A stretch of DNA of 64,000 bases from an uncultured delta proteobacterium (lineage in GTDB: Bacteria; Desulfobacterota; Binatia; UBA9968), in the NCBI GenBank assembly GCA_963745835.1, contig CAVUZH010000022.1, positions 64,001 to 128,000 of the forward strand, read 5' to 3'. Made by a program: the position numbers and the translations under genes. This document shows, in pieces, positions 9,684-19,986 of the stretch; positions within the stretch are counted from its first letter, which is position 1; each line of letters starts with the position of its first letter. Under the pieces are notes generated by a model. The model searched no databases. It was given only the letters and a program-made list of their open reading frames with translations, and was not told the DNA's origin.

Positions 9684-10460
9684 TCAATTATCCTGAAGCC
9701 GCGTATTAGCTGCGGCACCAGCAGCCAGCGCGGGTTGCTCATCCGGCAATGCCGGCCACTCGCGCATAAGCCGGCCGTAGCCACTGATCGGATAGGCAAG
9801 CCCAAGTTGCGAAAGCACGTACCATAGCATCGCCGGGTTGCTGGCAATCACCATCATTCCAAGCTCGCGCTCGATTTTCTCGAGAATTTTGATCGGATCG
9901 AGCACCGCGCCTTGAAAATAGATCGCATCCACAGGATCAGTCGCCCTGAGATTCTTCTTTGTCAGTTCGAAGACATCATCCGGGTCCATGCGTTTAGGTA
10001 CAGCGAGATCTTCAAAAGGATGCGGCGCCACCGCATCCACTCCTAGCTGCTCCAAATGCCCGCAAATCAGCTGATTCAAACGCTGATCGAACGGCGTCAA
10101 CAAAAGAACCCGCTGGGCGCGGTAAACCCGAAGCGCTGTAACACAAGCGTGCAAAGCCGTCGTGAAAGGAATGGCAAGCGCCGCTTTGAGCGCACCGAAG
10201 AGTCCCGGATTAAGCACTTCGGTAGGCGCGGCGGTGAGAATAACCCCGTCCCAGTGTCGCTGTGCAATCAGTTCTTGGATCCGCTCCACGATGATCTGTT
10301 TTTTATCCGCAATTTGATACAGCGATTCGCCGTAGAGCTGCAAACCGACAAAATCGAATTTAACCGCTTCGGGAAGCATCGGAAGAAAGCTACTGTAGTG
10401 CGGCATGGAGCCGGCCCCGCCGCTGACGAAGCCGATTGTAGCTTTGATTATTTCAGCCAT
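9684..10460 (-). CDS. Maleate isomerase/arylmalonate decarboxylase (Asp/Glu racemase superfamily)-like protein
   Basis: RVLLLTPF, IERELGMMVIASNPAMLW, GYGRL. Confidence 0.75.
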   Translation of the reverse strand: MAEIIKATIGFVSGGAGSMPHYSSFLPMLPEAVKFDFVGLQLYGESLYQIADKKQIIVERIQELIAQRHWDGVILTAAPTEVLNPGLFGALKAALAIPFTTALHACVTALRVYRAQRVLLLTPFDQRLNQLICGHLEQLGVDAVAPHPFEDLAVPKRMDPDDVFELTKKNLRATDPVDAIYFQGAVLDPIKILEKIERELGMMVIASNPAMLWYVLSQLGLAYPISGYGRLMREWPALPDEQPALAAGAAANTRLQDN

Positions 10461-10557
10461 TTGGCAACTCTTCCGTAACCGTGTGCAGGTTCACATTGGA
10501 ACGCTGATCAATGTAGCTCCTCTCTCCCGATCTCCTAGTCTGCCGCATCTTTTTTCG

Positions 10558-11019
10558 CTATTTCTTCGCCTTGTGGTTATCGATAGCCTGTTTAAGATCA
10601 TCGTACTCTTCGCATCTGCCAAGCATCGGGCAGGCCTTTTTCAGCGCGGCAAGTTGTTTTTCGGCATTGGCCATTTGATTCAGATCAAGATAAAGCTCGC
10701 CCAGATATTCATGGGCGCTGCGATGGTTGGCATCGATCTTTAGGGCGCGCTGATAGTGCTCCATCGATTTATCGAAATTACCCGTTTTTCTATAGCTATA
10801 GCCGAGCATGTTATGGGCATCGGCATCATTGGGCAGCTCCTGCACCGCCTTCGTGAGATACCCCACCGCGGCCTTGTAATCCTTCGCGTCGATGGCCTTC
10901 CGTCCGGCTTCCATATTGGGATTCTGCGGTCCGGCCTTGGGCTCCGGCAAGTCGGCGAACGCGCGCGTCTGCGTCAGGACCAGCGTAATCAACGTAATAG
11001 CGGCTAATAGCGATTTCAT
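10558..11019 (-). CDS. Secreted TPR protein
   Basis: Signal peptide; DAHNMLGYSYRK, AHEYLGELYL, C-x5-CEEY. Confidence 0.85.
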   Translation of the reverse strand: MKSLLAAITLITLVLTQTRAFADLPEPKAGPQNPNMEAGRKAIDAKDYKAAVGYLTKAVQELPNDADAHNMLGYSYRKTGNFDKSMEHYQRALKIDANHRSAHEYLGELYLDLNQMANAEKQLAALKKACPMLGRCEEYDDLKQAIDNHKAKK

Positions 11020-11109
11020 ACAGACCTCCTTGTGATGAATGCCGAACTTACCAATGGTGATAGCTGAAAGGCAAGACTTGTTTTTTTAGTCGTCTTAGTT
11101 GAACCCATT

Positions 11110-11186
11110 CTGTCTCCCCTTCTCCCTGTCTCCTGTCTCTCTGTCGTCCAGTCTCTTCTCTTTCTGTCTCCTGTCTCCCGTTGTCT
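11110..11186. repeat. Pyrimidine-rich ~7-nt tandem repeat (ctgtctc)n
   Basis: Multiple ctgtctc/ctgtctcc units in the intergenic region. Confidence 0.7.
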
Positions 11187-11190
11187 GCCA

Positions 11191-12168
11191 CTAGTTTTTT
11201 CGCAGTTCCGCTCTAGCCTCGCGGAGCATCGAAAGATCGACCAGACGGTCCACGGGAATCTCAGCGGCAATGCCGGACTCCTGTCTGATTTTGTTGAGGA
11301 TCGACTTCAAAACCGGCTCTTCGATATCACCGTCGGCATTTAACACTTGCTTGATCTGCCGGTAACTGTCCGCCGCCACGTTCTGCTCCAGACCAAATTC
11401 CTTCTGTATAAAGGGAATAACCTCGACATCATTCTTGAGAATCATCTCGTTGCTGCGCAACACGGCGCGCAACACAGCCTTGATCTGCTCGCGATGATTC
11501 TGGATGTGGCTCATTCTTCCCACCAACCCTCCTTGTACATCGCGCACGTCGAAGGTATCGCCGAGATCGACGTAGCCGGCCAGGGTTGCCATGGAGGTAT
11601 ATGGCGCCGTGAGAATCACCGCATCCGCCGCTTTGCCGGTCAGTGCCGCATAGCTATTTGCCGTGGTATTGGTGGCTATGTAGTTGATCTTGTCACCGGG
11701 ACCATCGCGGCCGAGCCGTTTCAACACCGTTTGCGCGCCATAATGCGCCAGCGAGCCGATGCCACTGACCGCAACATTTCTAATCTTCGCCGGCGTCATT
11801 CCCGGTTGGCCGATCAGACTGAAACTCAATCGGGTTTGGATGAATATCAATGCCCTGACCGGCAGTCCTTTCATCGCCGCACGCAGCGACACTCCGGTCG
11901 AGCCGGTGTAATCAACTTCACCCGCAGCCAAGGCAGTCACTCCGATGGGCGGCCTCATGATGATAATTTCCAGATCGAGCCCTTCTTTTTCAAAGAGCCC
12001 TTTTGACTTGCCGAAATAATATGGCAGATAGGTCAATGCCTTGGCGGCCACTGTGAGCCTGACTTTGTCGAAGGGCTTCTTGGTTTGTTGCTGGGCGCGC
12101 GCTGAATCCGGAATTGCAAGAATAACGGCAAGCAGTAGGATGCTCACCACGGTCATCGTTGGTTTCAT
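11191..12168 (-). CDS. ABC substrate-binding protein, NMT1/SsuA family
   Basis: Signal peptide; KGLFEKEGLDLEI, ALAAGEVDY. Confidence 0.85.
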   Translation of the reverse strand: MKPTMTVVSILLLAVILAIPDSARAQQQTKKPFDKVRLTVAAKALTYLPYYFGKSKGLFEKEGLDLEIIIMRPPIGVTALAAGEVDYTGSTGVSLRAAMKGLPVRALIFIQTRLSFSLIGQPGMTPAKIRNVAVSGIGSLAHYGAQTVLKRLGRDGPGDKINYIATNTTANSYAALTGKAADAVILTAPYTSMATLAGYVDLGDTFDVRDVQGGLVGRMSHIQNHREQIKAVLRAVLRSNEMILKNDVEVIPFIQKEFGLEQNVAADSYRQIKQVLNADGDIEEPVLKSILNKIRQESGIAAEIPVDRLVDLSMLREARAELRKN

Positions 12169-12196
12169 GAACTCTTCTCCGAGAATAAAAAGTTTT

Positions 12197-13615
12197 TCAT
12201 TTCTTAACCGCCAAACTGGCGCCGAACTTCTCGAGCATCTTCTTCTTCAATTCCGGACTGGCGCCCGAGACTTTCGGGAACTCATTGATCCACTCATACG
12301 GACGACAAGCATCGATAATGCCGCGGGATTGAAAGCCGCGCTCCTCCGGCGGAATGATCGGATCGATCGGATTGCTCCAGCAACGGCGCATGATATCGAT
12401 ATCTTTGATCGGATCGGTTCTGGTGCATAGCGCCCAAAGCAGTTCGTTGCTGTCCCAAATGTCGATGTCATCATCGACCACGACAACGTAACGGGTGAGC
12501 AGCGCCGCCGCCCGGCATTGCGCCGCGATCAGCGCCGCTTGCTTGGCATGGCCCGGATAGCGCTGCTTGATGGCCACCACAACCAGCATGCGGGTTTGAT
12601 AGTAGGCCACTCCCCTGATATCCGGCACCCCGGCTTTGTCGAGGTAGTTCCAGATGTAAGCCGCACGGATCAGATTGCTCTCGGCTCCGGGCGCGGGACG
12701 AAACGGCGGCGCTCCTGTGATAATAGGATCATCGCGATACATCAATCGCTTCACCTTGAGCATCGGCTCGGAACGGAGGCCGCCCGCATAATAGCCGGTG
12801 AATTCGCCGAACGGCCCCTCCGGTATTTTGGTGCCAGGGATGACTTCGCCTTCGATGGCGACTTCCGAATAGGCCGGGATCGGTAGCTGCGTGTTCTTGC
12901 CGAGAATTACTTCGAATGCCTCGCCACGCACACCGCCGGCATAATCGTACTCCGACTCTCCCGGCGGAACGTCCATCTGACCGAAGAACCATAGCAACGG
13001 ATCCGGTCCGAAACTAATCGCCACCGGAAACGGCTGCCCGCGGTCGAAGAATTTTTGCCGGTGAATGTTGCCGTGGTGCCCCGGCGACATGTAAAGCGCC
13101 AGCGTATTCTTGTCGTGCACCATAACACGGTAGCAACCCAAGTTGATCCAGCCTTCGTCGAGATCGCGGCTGATCGTGACATCCAACGTGCCCAGATAGC
13201 GGCCGCCGTCGCCTTCATGCCAGAAGGGCGCGGGCAATGAGAACAGATCGATATCGCTGCCTTCGAAAACATTTTCCATGAGCGGTCCCGAATCCACAAC
13301 CCGCGGGGGAATCAAACTCGGCTGGTCGAGCCGCTCTTTCCACGCGGCAATAAATTGATCGCGCGTGTAGTCGAGCGGCAGGTGATTAGTCAGGCACTGC
13401 CGCTTCAAGGTCGGATTGTGAATCCCCGTGAGCACGCGGCGTCCGGCGGGATAGCCGATGATTTTATCAAAAAGAACCGCCGGCGGCGTTTCTGAACGGG
13501 CCGCCACTTCGGTCACCGCGCCGATTTCTTGATTCCAGTCTGCGCCTTCCACCACCCGAAGCTCGCCGAATGAGTCCACGCCCTCTAACCAGCCCCGCAA
13601 ATCGCGATAATGCAT
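12197..13615 (-). CDS. UbiD-family prFMN-dependent (de)carboxylase
   Basis: DLRGWL, DGGRY, NLGCYR, EGPFGEFTGYY, VVVVDDDID, IIDAC. Confidence 0.92.
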   Translation of the reverse strand: MHYRDLRGWLEGVDSFGELRVVEGADWNQEIGAVTEVAARSETPPAVLFDKIIGYPAGRRVLTGIHNPTLKRQCLTNHLPLDYTRDQFIAAWKERLDQPSLIPPRVVDSGPLMENVFEGSDIDLFSLPAPFWHEGDGGRYLGTLDVTISRDLDEGWINLGCYRVMVHDKNTLALYMSPGHHGNIHRQKFFDRGQPFPVAISFGPDPLLWFFGQMDVPPGESEYDYAGGVRGEAFEVILGKNTQLPIPAYSEVAIEGEVIPGTKIPEGPFGEFTGYYAGGLRSEPMLKVKRLMYRDDPIITGAPPFRPAPGAESNLIRAAYIWNYLDKAGVPDIRGVAYYQTRMLVVVAIKQRYPGHAKQAALIAAQCRAAALLTRYVVVVDDDIDIWDSNELLWALCTRTDPIKDIDIMRRCWSNPIDPIIPPEERGFQSRGIIDACRPYEWINEFPKVSGASPELKKKMLEKFGASLAVKK

Positions 13616-13818
13616 TTAGCCCTCCTGTGAAGTTGGCGAAGATCTTAGAACGGACCGGACGCCGCTACAACCGAGCACTGAATTCTATTTGCCGCATGGA
13701 TTCCCACGTCCAACCAAAGAAGGTCATCCCACTTCACAGCAAAGCGCGGATTGTCTATCTTCTAATGAGCAGCGGTCGCAGTAGCCAACCGTTAAGTGCT
13801 GCACGAAAGGAGAATCCC

Positions 13819-15099
13819 ATGCCGCTTAAAAACCTATTTCTCATAAGCCTTGCGTCGATATCGATGTTGATCCTTTCATGTTCGAGCGAAACTCGCTCCC
13901 AATTCTCCAGCAGTCACTACGCGCCCGGCACCGGACCGGCGGACAAGCTGCAGTTGCCGGCCCCGTTTGCAAGTCCTTCCGTTCGCAATACCTCGAAAGT
14001 AATCGGCTGGCCTGCTGGCAAAATGCCGGCTGCCGCGCCTGGTTTTACTGTCAGCCTTTTTGCCGAGGGGCTTAATAACCCGCGCGAGGCTTATGTGCTG
14101 CCCAACAAAGACATTCTCGTCGTCGAAGCGGTTCGCGTATTCCCCGATCGCCCGGCCAAGTCGGCAAACCAAATCACACTTTTCCGCGACACGAATGGTG
14201 ACGGCAAGCCGGAAGTTCGTGAAGTTTTCTTGACCGGCTTGAATATGCCGCACGGCATGCTGCTGCTGGGTGAGTGGTTCTACGTCGGCAATACCGATGG
14301 AGTGGTGCGCTACCCATACCGCGCCGGCCAGACCAAGATCGACAGTAAAGGCGAGAAGATTCTCGATCTGCCCTCCGGTGGACACTACACGCGCCACTTA
14401 ATCGCCGATCCCGCCGGCAAAAAGATTTACGTCGCGGTGGGCTCCGGCTCCAACGTCGATGAAGACGGCAGAGATGCCAAGGATCCACGGCGAGCGGCGA
14501 TCTTGGAGATGAATCCCAGTGGTAGCGGCATGCACGTTTACGCCAGCGGCCTGCGCAATCCGGTGGGAATGGATTGGGAGCCGAAAACCAAAACACTGTG
14601 GACCGTGGTCAACGAGCGCGATCTCTTAGGCGACGATCTGGTTCCCGACTATCTCACCAGCGTCCAGCCCGGCGCTTTTTACGGCTGGCCCTATTCTTAC
14701 TTTGGCCAACACGAAGACCCGCGCAAGAAAGGTGAGCGACCCGACCTGGTTGCCAAAGCGGTGAAACCCGACTACGCCTTGGGCTCCCACGTTGCCGCCC
14801 TCGGATTAGCTTTCTATGACGGCAAGTCTTTCCCCGCGCGCTATCACGGCGGCGCATTCATCGGCATGCGCGGCTCATGGAACCGCTCGAAGATGGTCGG
14901 GTACAAAGTCGCGTTTGTCCCGTTCGAAAATGGCAAACCCGCCGGCCCGATGGAAGATATCCTCACGGGCTTCATTGCCGATGAAAGTAAATTCGAAGCT
15001 TACGGTCGCCCGGTCGGCGTGACGGTCGCCCCCGACGGATCACTGTTGGTGGCCGACGATGCCGGCGGAAAGGTGTGGCGGGTTAGCGCGAAGAGGTAA
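13819..15099 (+). CDS. Sorbosone/PQQ-dependent sugar dehydrogenase family lipoprotein
   Basis: RBS aaggag; lipobox LSC; ASGLRNPVG, VNERDLLGDDLVPDY, GSWNR, GRPVGV. Confidence 0.9.
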   Translation: MPLKNLFLISLASISMLILSCSSETRSQFSSSHYAPGTGPADKLQLPAPFASPSVRNTSKVIGWPAGKMPAAAPGFTVSLFAEGLNNPREAYVLPNKDILVVEAVRVFPDRPAKSANQITLFRDTNGDGKPEVREVFLTGLNMPHGMLLLGEWFYVGNTDGVVRYPYRAGQTKIDSKGEKILDLPSGGHYTRHLIADPAGKKIYVAVGSGSNVDEDGRDAKDPRRAAILEMNPSGSGMHVYASGLRNPVGMDWEPKTKTLWTVVNERDLLGDDLVPDYLTSVQPGAFYGWPYSYFGQHEDPRKKGERPDLVAKAVKPDYALGSHVAALGLAFYDGKSFPARYHGGAFIGMRGSWNRSKMVGYKVAFVPFENGKPAGPMEDILTGFIADESKFEAYGRPVGVTVAPDGSLLVADDAGGKVWRVSAKR

Positions 15100-15261
15100 A
15101 CCGGAGCGTAACATCGGAAACTGATCCGCAACAGCGTTAGTTTGTCAGAGCGTCTGGAGCGCGGCTATGACTCCGCCACTATAGAAGTATGGAAAAGCCA
15201 CCGATAAGAACGGACTTCATCGAACATGACTGCGGCTGTCGGCGTTGGTACGAATCCGTAG

Positions 15262-15416
15262 TAGCAGGGTGCTGAAAAAAGCCTCTTACGGGCTGCTCAA
15301 AAAGATCCAGGTGCGAGGCGCGCGAAAAATCGACGAGCGGAGGCGTACATCCGCAGTACGTTGACGCGAGGCGATTGAGCGGCAACGAAGCATATGGGTC
15401 TTTTTCAGCAGCCTGC
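15262..15416. repeat. Family A repeat copy with an extra outer TIR
   Basis: tagcagggtgctgaaaaaa...ggctgctcaaaaagatcc...ggtctttttcagcagcctgc. Confidence 0.85.
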
Positions 15417-15521
15417 CAGGGCGCCCAGTAGAAGAGTTAAAGGAAGTAGTCGAATACTGCGCTATTCACGAGATCGAAAGCGACAGCTCGTGACACAATC
15501 GGCTCGTAAACGGAGAGAAGG

Positions 15522-16616
15522 ATGAGCACCAAGTGCCGGGCGGCGATTCTGGTAGAGCCCAACCAGCCACTGGTCATCGATGAAGTCGAGTTTCCGGATC
15601 TCGCGCCGGACCAGGTGCTGGTCAAGCTTTTTGCCAGCGGCGTTTGTCATTCACAACTTCACACGATGCGCCGGCCGGCTCGATCGGCTGATCGCTTACC
15701 GGCGCTCTTGGGGCACGAATCTACTGGAGTTGTCGCTGCGCGCGGCCGCGACGTGCGCCACGTAAAAGAAGGCGATCACGTGATCACGACGTGGGTGGAT
15801 CGCGATAATTCCACGACCAATCAGCCGCTGGTGGCGCACGCACTAAACGATCGCGCTCAGTCGATTGCTTCTTGGAAAGGCAAACAGGTATCGCATTCTG
15901 CCGCGACATGGGCGGAATACGCCGTGGCGCAAGAACGCATGGTGGTGAAATTGCCCCAAGATGTGCCCACCGACGTCACCGCCGTGATCGGCTGCGCCGT
16001 CATGACCGGCGCCGGAGCAATCGTCAACAACTTGTGCGTCAGACCCGGTCAATCGGTGGCCGTTTTTGGCGCTGGAGGCATTGGTCTTTGTGCTATCGCA
16101 GCGGCGGCTGCGGTCGATGCGCATCCTATCATTGCCGTCGACGTGACCGAGGAAAAGCTCGCCTTTGCGCAACGCTTCGGCGCTACCTACCTAGTCAATG
16201 GCAAAGAGTCCGATCCGGTTGACGCAATTCGGGAGCTCACCAACGGCGGCGTCGATTACGCCATCGATGCCATCGGTTTGCCGCAAACCCAGGAACAAAT
16301 CCTGCGCGCAGCAAGAATGGGATATTCCGGTCTCAGTCGGGGAGGCACCGCTTTGCTCATCGGCATCACGCCGCCTGGTGCCCAAGCGACCCTGGATACA
16401 AGCCTATTCATCGGCAGCCGGAGCTTCACCCGCACGAGCGGCGGAGACTGCCGACCGGATCGCGACTTCCCGTTGTTCGTGCGCTGGTATCGCGAAGGTA
16501 AGCTGAAACTAGATGAGCTGGTGACCCGGCGATACGCGCTCGAGCAGATCAATGAAGCGGTTGATGATTTGGAACACGGCCGAATCCTCGGTCGCGCGAT
16601 CATCACGTATACATAA
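15522..16616 (+). CDS. Zn-dependent alcohol dehydrogenase (MDR)
   Basis: GVCHS, GHE, GCAVMTG, GAGGIG; the four-Cys structural Zn loop is absent. Confidence 0.9.
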   Translation: MSTKCRAAILVEPNQPLVIDEVEFPDLAPDQVLVKLFASGVCHSQLHTMRRPARSADRLPALLGHESTGVVAARGRDVRHVKEGDHVITTWVDRDNSTTNQPLVAHALNDRAQSIASWKGKQVSHSAATWAEYAVAQERMVVKLPQDVPTDVTAVIGCAVMTGAGAIVNNLCVRPGQSVAVFGAGGIGLCAIAAAAAVDAHPIIAVDVTEEKLAFAQRFGATYLVNGKESDPVDAIRELTNGGVDYAIDAIGLPQTQEQILRAARMGYSGLSRGGTALLIGITPPGAQATLDTSLFIGSRSFTRTSGGDCRPDRDFPLFVRWYREGKLKLDELVTRRYALEQINEAVDDLEHGRILGRAIITYT

Positions 16617-16758
16617 ACAGGATCGCACGAGTCGAAACCCATGTCTTCATTCATACGATAGCGCAGTGCAACACCCGACCCCACAATGACTCCACTCGCG
16701 AGCGGTGAGAAGAAGCTTTGATGATACAGGTTGATTTCGCTCCGATGAAGCTGCAACA

Positions 16759-17313
16759 TCAAGCTTCTTGGAGGATCGCTTCGGCGTCGATGGTGATCTC
16801 AACCATGTTGCCGACGACGACCCCGCCCTTGTCTAATGCGCTGTTCCAGCTCACGCCGAAGTCGTGACGATTGATCGTGGTGGTGGCGGCAAAGCCCGCT
16901 CTGCTCTTCGGTCCCTTATCCACCCCATCTTCCCACCATGGGGTTTGCCACTGACCTAGATAATGGACGCGCAGCGGCACCGTGCGGGTGATACCCCGAA
17001 TCGTCAACTCGCCCGTGAGGATCGCTTCGTCCGCGCCGGCCAGTTCGACCTGCTTCCCCGCGAAAGTAAGCTTCGGATGTTTCTCTACGTCGAGAAAGTC
17101 CTCGCTCTTAAGATGAGCGTCGCGCGCCGCTTCGCCTGTCCAGATTCCAGCAGCTTCGATCGTAACCTCGACGGAAGTCGCGCCCGGGTCCGCCGGGTCG
17201 AAAACAAGTATGCCGTGGATATCTTTGAAATGGCCCCGGACAAAAGTCACCATCATGTGACGCACAGAAAACCCCGCCGCCGTATGCCCCGGTTCAAAAA
17301 ACCATTTGGCCAT
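16759..17313 (-). CDS. YceI-family protein
   Basis: HT..FSVRHMM..VRG.F, RDAHLKSEDFLD, INRHDFGVSWN. Confidence 0.92.
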   Translation of the reverse strand: MAKWFFEPGHTAAGFSVRHMMVTFVRGHFKDIHGILVFDPADPGATSVEVTIEAAGIWTGEAARDAHLKSEDFLDVEKHPKLTFAGKQVELAGADEAILTGELTIRGITRTVPLRVHYLGQWQTPWWEDGVDKGPKSRAGFAATTTINRHDFGVSWNSALDKGGVVVGNMVEITIDAEAILQEA

Positions 17314-17503
17314 AGTCCGCTCCTTCTATCTGGGATCATTTAGTCGCACTCCGTTCAACAGTTCAACGGGTTCAACCGTTCAACGACTCTTTTCGTCGAC
17401 GGAGGGTGAGCCTTTCTCAACAGCCTGCTCAGAACAGTCGCACCTTGTTCAGATGGCACAGTCGTGTAATAGTCCGGCCATCACGCTCCGGAGGAGCCGA
17501 GCC

Positions 17504-18466
17504 ATGGAGAGCACAGCCGGAATTGCGCATCATCAACGACCCCGCTTCGCTTACCTGCACCACATCAGTCTACCGTGCCGCGACGTGGAAGAGTCAAAGC
17601 AATTTTATACCCAGGTATTGGGTGGGGAACTCCTCCATGACGTTCCCGGATTCGCCGAGGTATGCATCGCCGACATGATTTTCGGCATGTCTCAGCAGTC
17701 CGGCGGTTGGACGGGGCCAACGGTGGAGTACCCGCATTACGGACTGAATGTCGACGGAAAAAACTTTGCGCTGGCGCGTCGCTGGCTTGAAGCATGCCAG
17801 GTGCCTCAGCACGGCTGGACGCGAAACTACAAAACTGCGCTACTCTATTTTCGCGATCCTTCGGGTAATCTACTCGAGATTTACTGCGACAGCGGCTACG
17901 AAGACATTCGCGCCCTGGCGCTGGGACCGCGCCAGGGCGGGAGACCGCTGCCGTTGGAAGCGCTCCAGTATCAGTGGAACGGTGCCATGGGAAATGCCGC
18001 CGAGCGGCCGCGCATCCACTCCTTCGGTCACCTCAGCATGCCGGTGCGCGACATCGAACAGTCCAAGCGCTTCTTCATCGAGGTGATGGGTGGCGAACCG
18101 ATGGCAACGAGCGATCCAGAGACGTTCACTGAGGTTCGGCTCGCCGGCGCCGTCATCGGCTTATCGACGCGCGGGGGCGTGCCGACCGGGCGCGATGTCG
18201 AATATCCGCATTACGCGTTTTACGCGGACGCCGAGAATTTCCTGCAGATGATCGAGTGGCTCAAATCCCACGGCGTGGTAACACCAGGTCCGTGGACGCG
18301 CGACGGCAAGAAAGGTTTGATGTACTTTCGCGATCCCTCTGGAAACCTGCTCGAAATTTATTGTAGCGGCGATTTTCCGGCAGCGTCAACTTTTCCGCGC
18401 GGCATAAAGCAAGGCGGTAGTTACACTACAGATTACGCCAGTTTGTACTATAACTGGCGCGGCTAG
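17504..18466 (+). CDS. Tandem VOC/glyoxalase-domain protein
   Basis: Two repeats of H.S.P.RD.E.SK.F / YPHY / YFRDPSGNLLEI; RBS ggagg. Confidence 0.85.
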   Translation: MESTAGIAHHQRPRFAYLHHISLPCRDVEESKQFYTQVLGGELLHDVPGFAEVCIADMIFGMSQQSGGWTGPTVEYPHYGLNVDGKNFALARRWLEACQVPQHGWTRNYKTALLYFRDPSGNLLEIYCDSGYEDIRALALGPRQGGRPLPLEALQYQWNGAMGNAAERPRIHSFGHLSMPVRDIEQSKRFFIEVMGGEPMATSDPETFTEVRLAGAVIGLSTRGGVPTGRDVEYPHYAFYADAENFLQMIEWLKSHGVVTPGPWTRDGKKGLMYFRDPSGNLLEIYCSGDFPAASTFPRGIKQGGSYTTDYASLYYNWRG

Positions 18467-18827
18467 ATTCGTCGACATGGCTTTAAATTCCGGCTGCTCA
18501 CTCACCCCTGGCAGTGGGAGTGAAGTCCAGTTTGGCGCGCTAACGAAACGATCAGTCGTTCAGAAGGTTTTTTTCCGGTCGTGCCGGTACGTTGAACGTT
18601 GAACAACCTAAGAGCCGATCGCCGAATCGAGAAGTTGCGCAGGTCCTATCAAAATCGGCTGATCTGCTGAGACAAGTAGCGATAACGTCCGTTCCTGGCC
18701 TAAGGTTTGACATGATCGGTGTTTTCCTACATGGAGGAGGGCAGAGAACCGTTCGCGCCGGCGGCAACCAGGAGAGTTTCCCGGATATTGATCCAGAATC
18801 GTAGAACGAAGATCAGGGAGAAGTGAA

Positions 18828-19883
18828 ATGAATCAAAAGAACAATTTATCGAGGTCGATCGGATCCGCAATCTTTATGTCGACGATCGCCTTGGCTCTCA
18901 TTATCTGCGGTGCTTCTGCCGGTAAGCTCTTCGCGGCTGCTGCGGCGGATTCCCTCGATCAACTTTATGAGAAAGCAAAAAAGGAAGGAAAGATTACCCT
19001 TTATGCGCCGCTATCCCCTAACGCGATGTCGGTGATTCCGCCTGCGTTCATGAAGCGCTTTCCCGGCGTGACCGTCGATCATATCGACGCCACGAGCGAT
19101 AAGCTGATCGCACGAGTGCTCGCCGAGCAGAAGGGAGGACGCGTCATTGCCGACGTCATAAGCGGAGCGCTGACCTATTTACCACAAATCCTCGACCTTA
19201 AAATTGTCGAGCAGGTCGTCATACCCGAGGCGGCGGCGTATCCGGCGCAGCTAAAGGGAGACCTTTGGGTCGCCACCGATATGCAATTCTACATTGCCGG
19301 ATGGAACACCAATCTGGTCAAAAAAGGCGAAGAGCCAAAAAGCTACGAGGATCTCGCAAACCCTAAATGGAAAGATAGCATCATGGGCGAGCCGCGCGAT
19401 TACCAAATGCTGGTCGGATTTGCCAAACGAAAATACAATAACGATGAAAAGGCGATCGATTTGTTTAAGAAAATCGCCGCCAATCAAGTGGAGTTTCATC
19501 GAGGGCATTCGCAGTTAACCGAGTTCCTCTTGGCCGGTCAGCGCGCTATCTGTTTTACTTGCTACTCACACCATTTTCCGGTGCGCATAAAAAAAGGCGC
19601 ACCGATTCAACCGCTACTGACGGAAGGCGTGGGTGAAGTCGGTGGCTCAGTGATGGTAATGAAGGGAGCCCCGCATCCCAACGCCGCACTACTCTGGGTT
19701 CGCTGGGCCGTCAGTGAAGAAGGACAAAAGGTTTATGCTCAAGCGGGCGAAACTCCTGCTCATCCCAAAGTGGAACCTCTGGAAAAAATCCGGCCTACAA
19801 CGCCTCACATGCTGACCATCGACGACGTCAGAGAGTTTCCGAGGTACGAGAAAACGTGGAAGGAAATTTTTCAGATTCGTTGA
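18828..19883 (+). CDS. ABC substrate-binding protein (Fe/thiamine/polyamine-type)
   Basis: AKKEGKITLY, PKSYEDLANPKWK, APHPNAA. Confidence 0.85.
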   Translation: MNQKNNLSRSIGSAIFMSTIALALIICGASAGKLFAAAAADSLDQLYEKAKKEGKITLYAPLSPNAMSVIPPAFMKRFPGVTVDHIDATSDKLIARVLAEQKGGRVIADVISGALTYLPQILDLKIVEQVVIPEAAAYPAQLKGDLWVATDMQFYIAGWNTNLVKKGEEPKSYEDLANPKWKDSIMGEPRDYQMLVGFAKRKYNNDEKAIDLFKKIAANQVEFHRGHSQLTEFLLAGQRAICFTCYSHHFPVRIKKGAPIQPLLTEGVGEVGGSVMVMKGAPHPNAALLWVRWAVSEEGQKVYAQAGETPAHPKVEPLEKIRPTTPHMLTIDDVREFPRYEKTWKEIFQIR

Positions 19884-19986
19884 AATTCGGGAGCGGTCTT
19901 CCAGCTGACCAGCCGCGGCAACGTAAGGCAACCACTACAATGAAAACTACCGCCCACTTGCGCCAGATACTACCCGACCCCTGGAG

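Noticed and set aside
12197-13615. Assigning ubiD (ubiquinone biosynthesis)
   Set aside because: Only family-level motifs; the context (SBP, no ubi genes, no ubiX) suggests a catabolic paralogue.
1281-15416. Family A repeats as a CRISPR array or tRNA-Sec
   Set aside because: Dispersed, ~125 bp long, no repeat-spacer periodicity, no cas genes and no tRNA cloverleaf.
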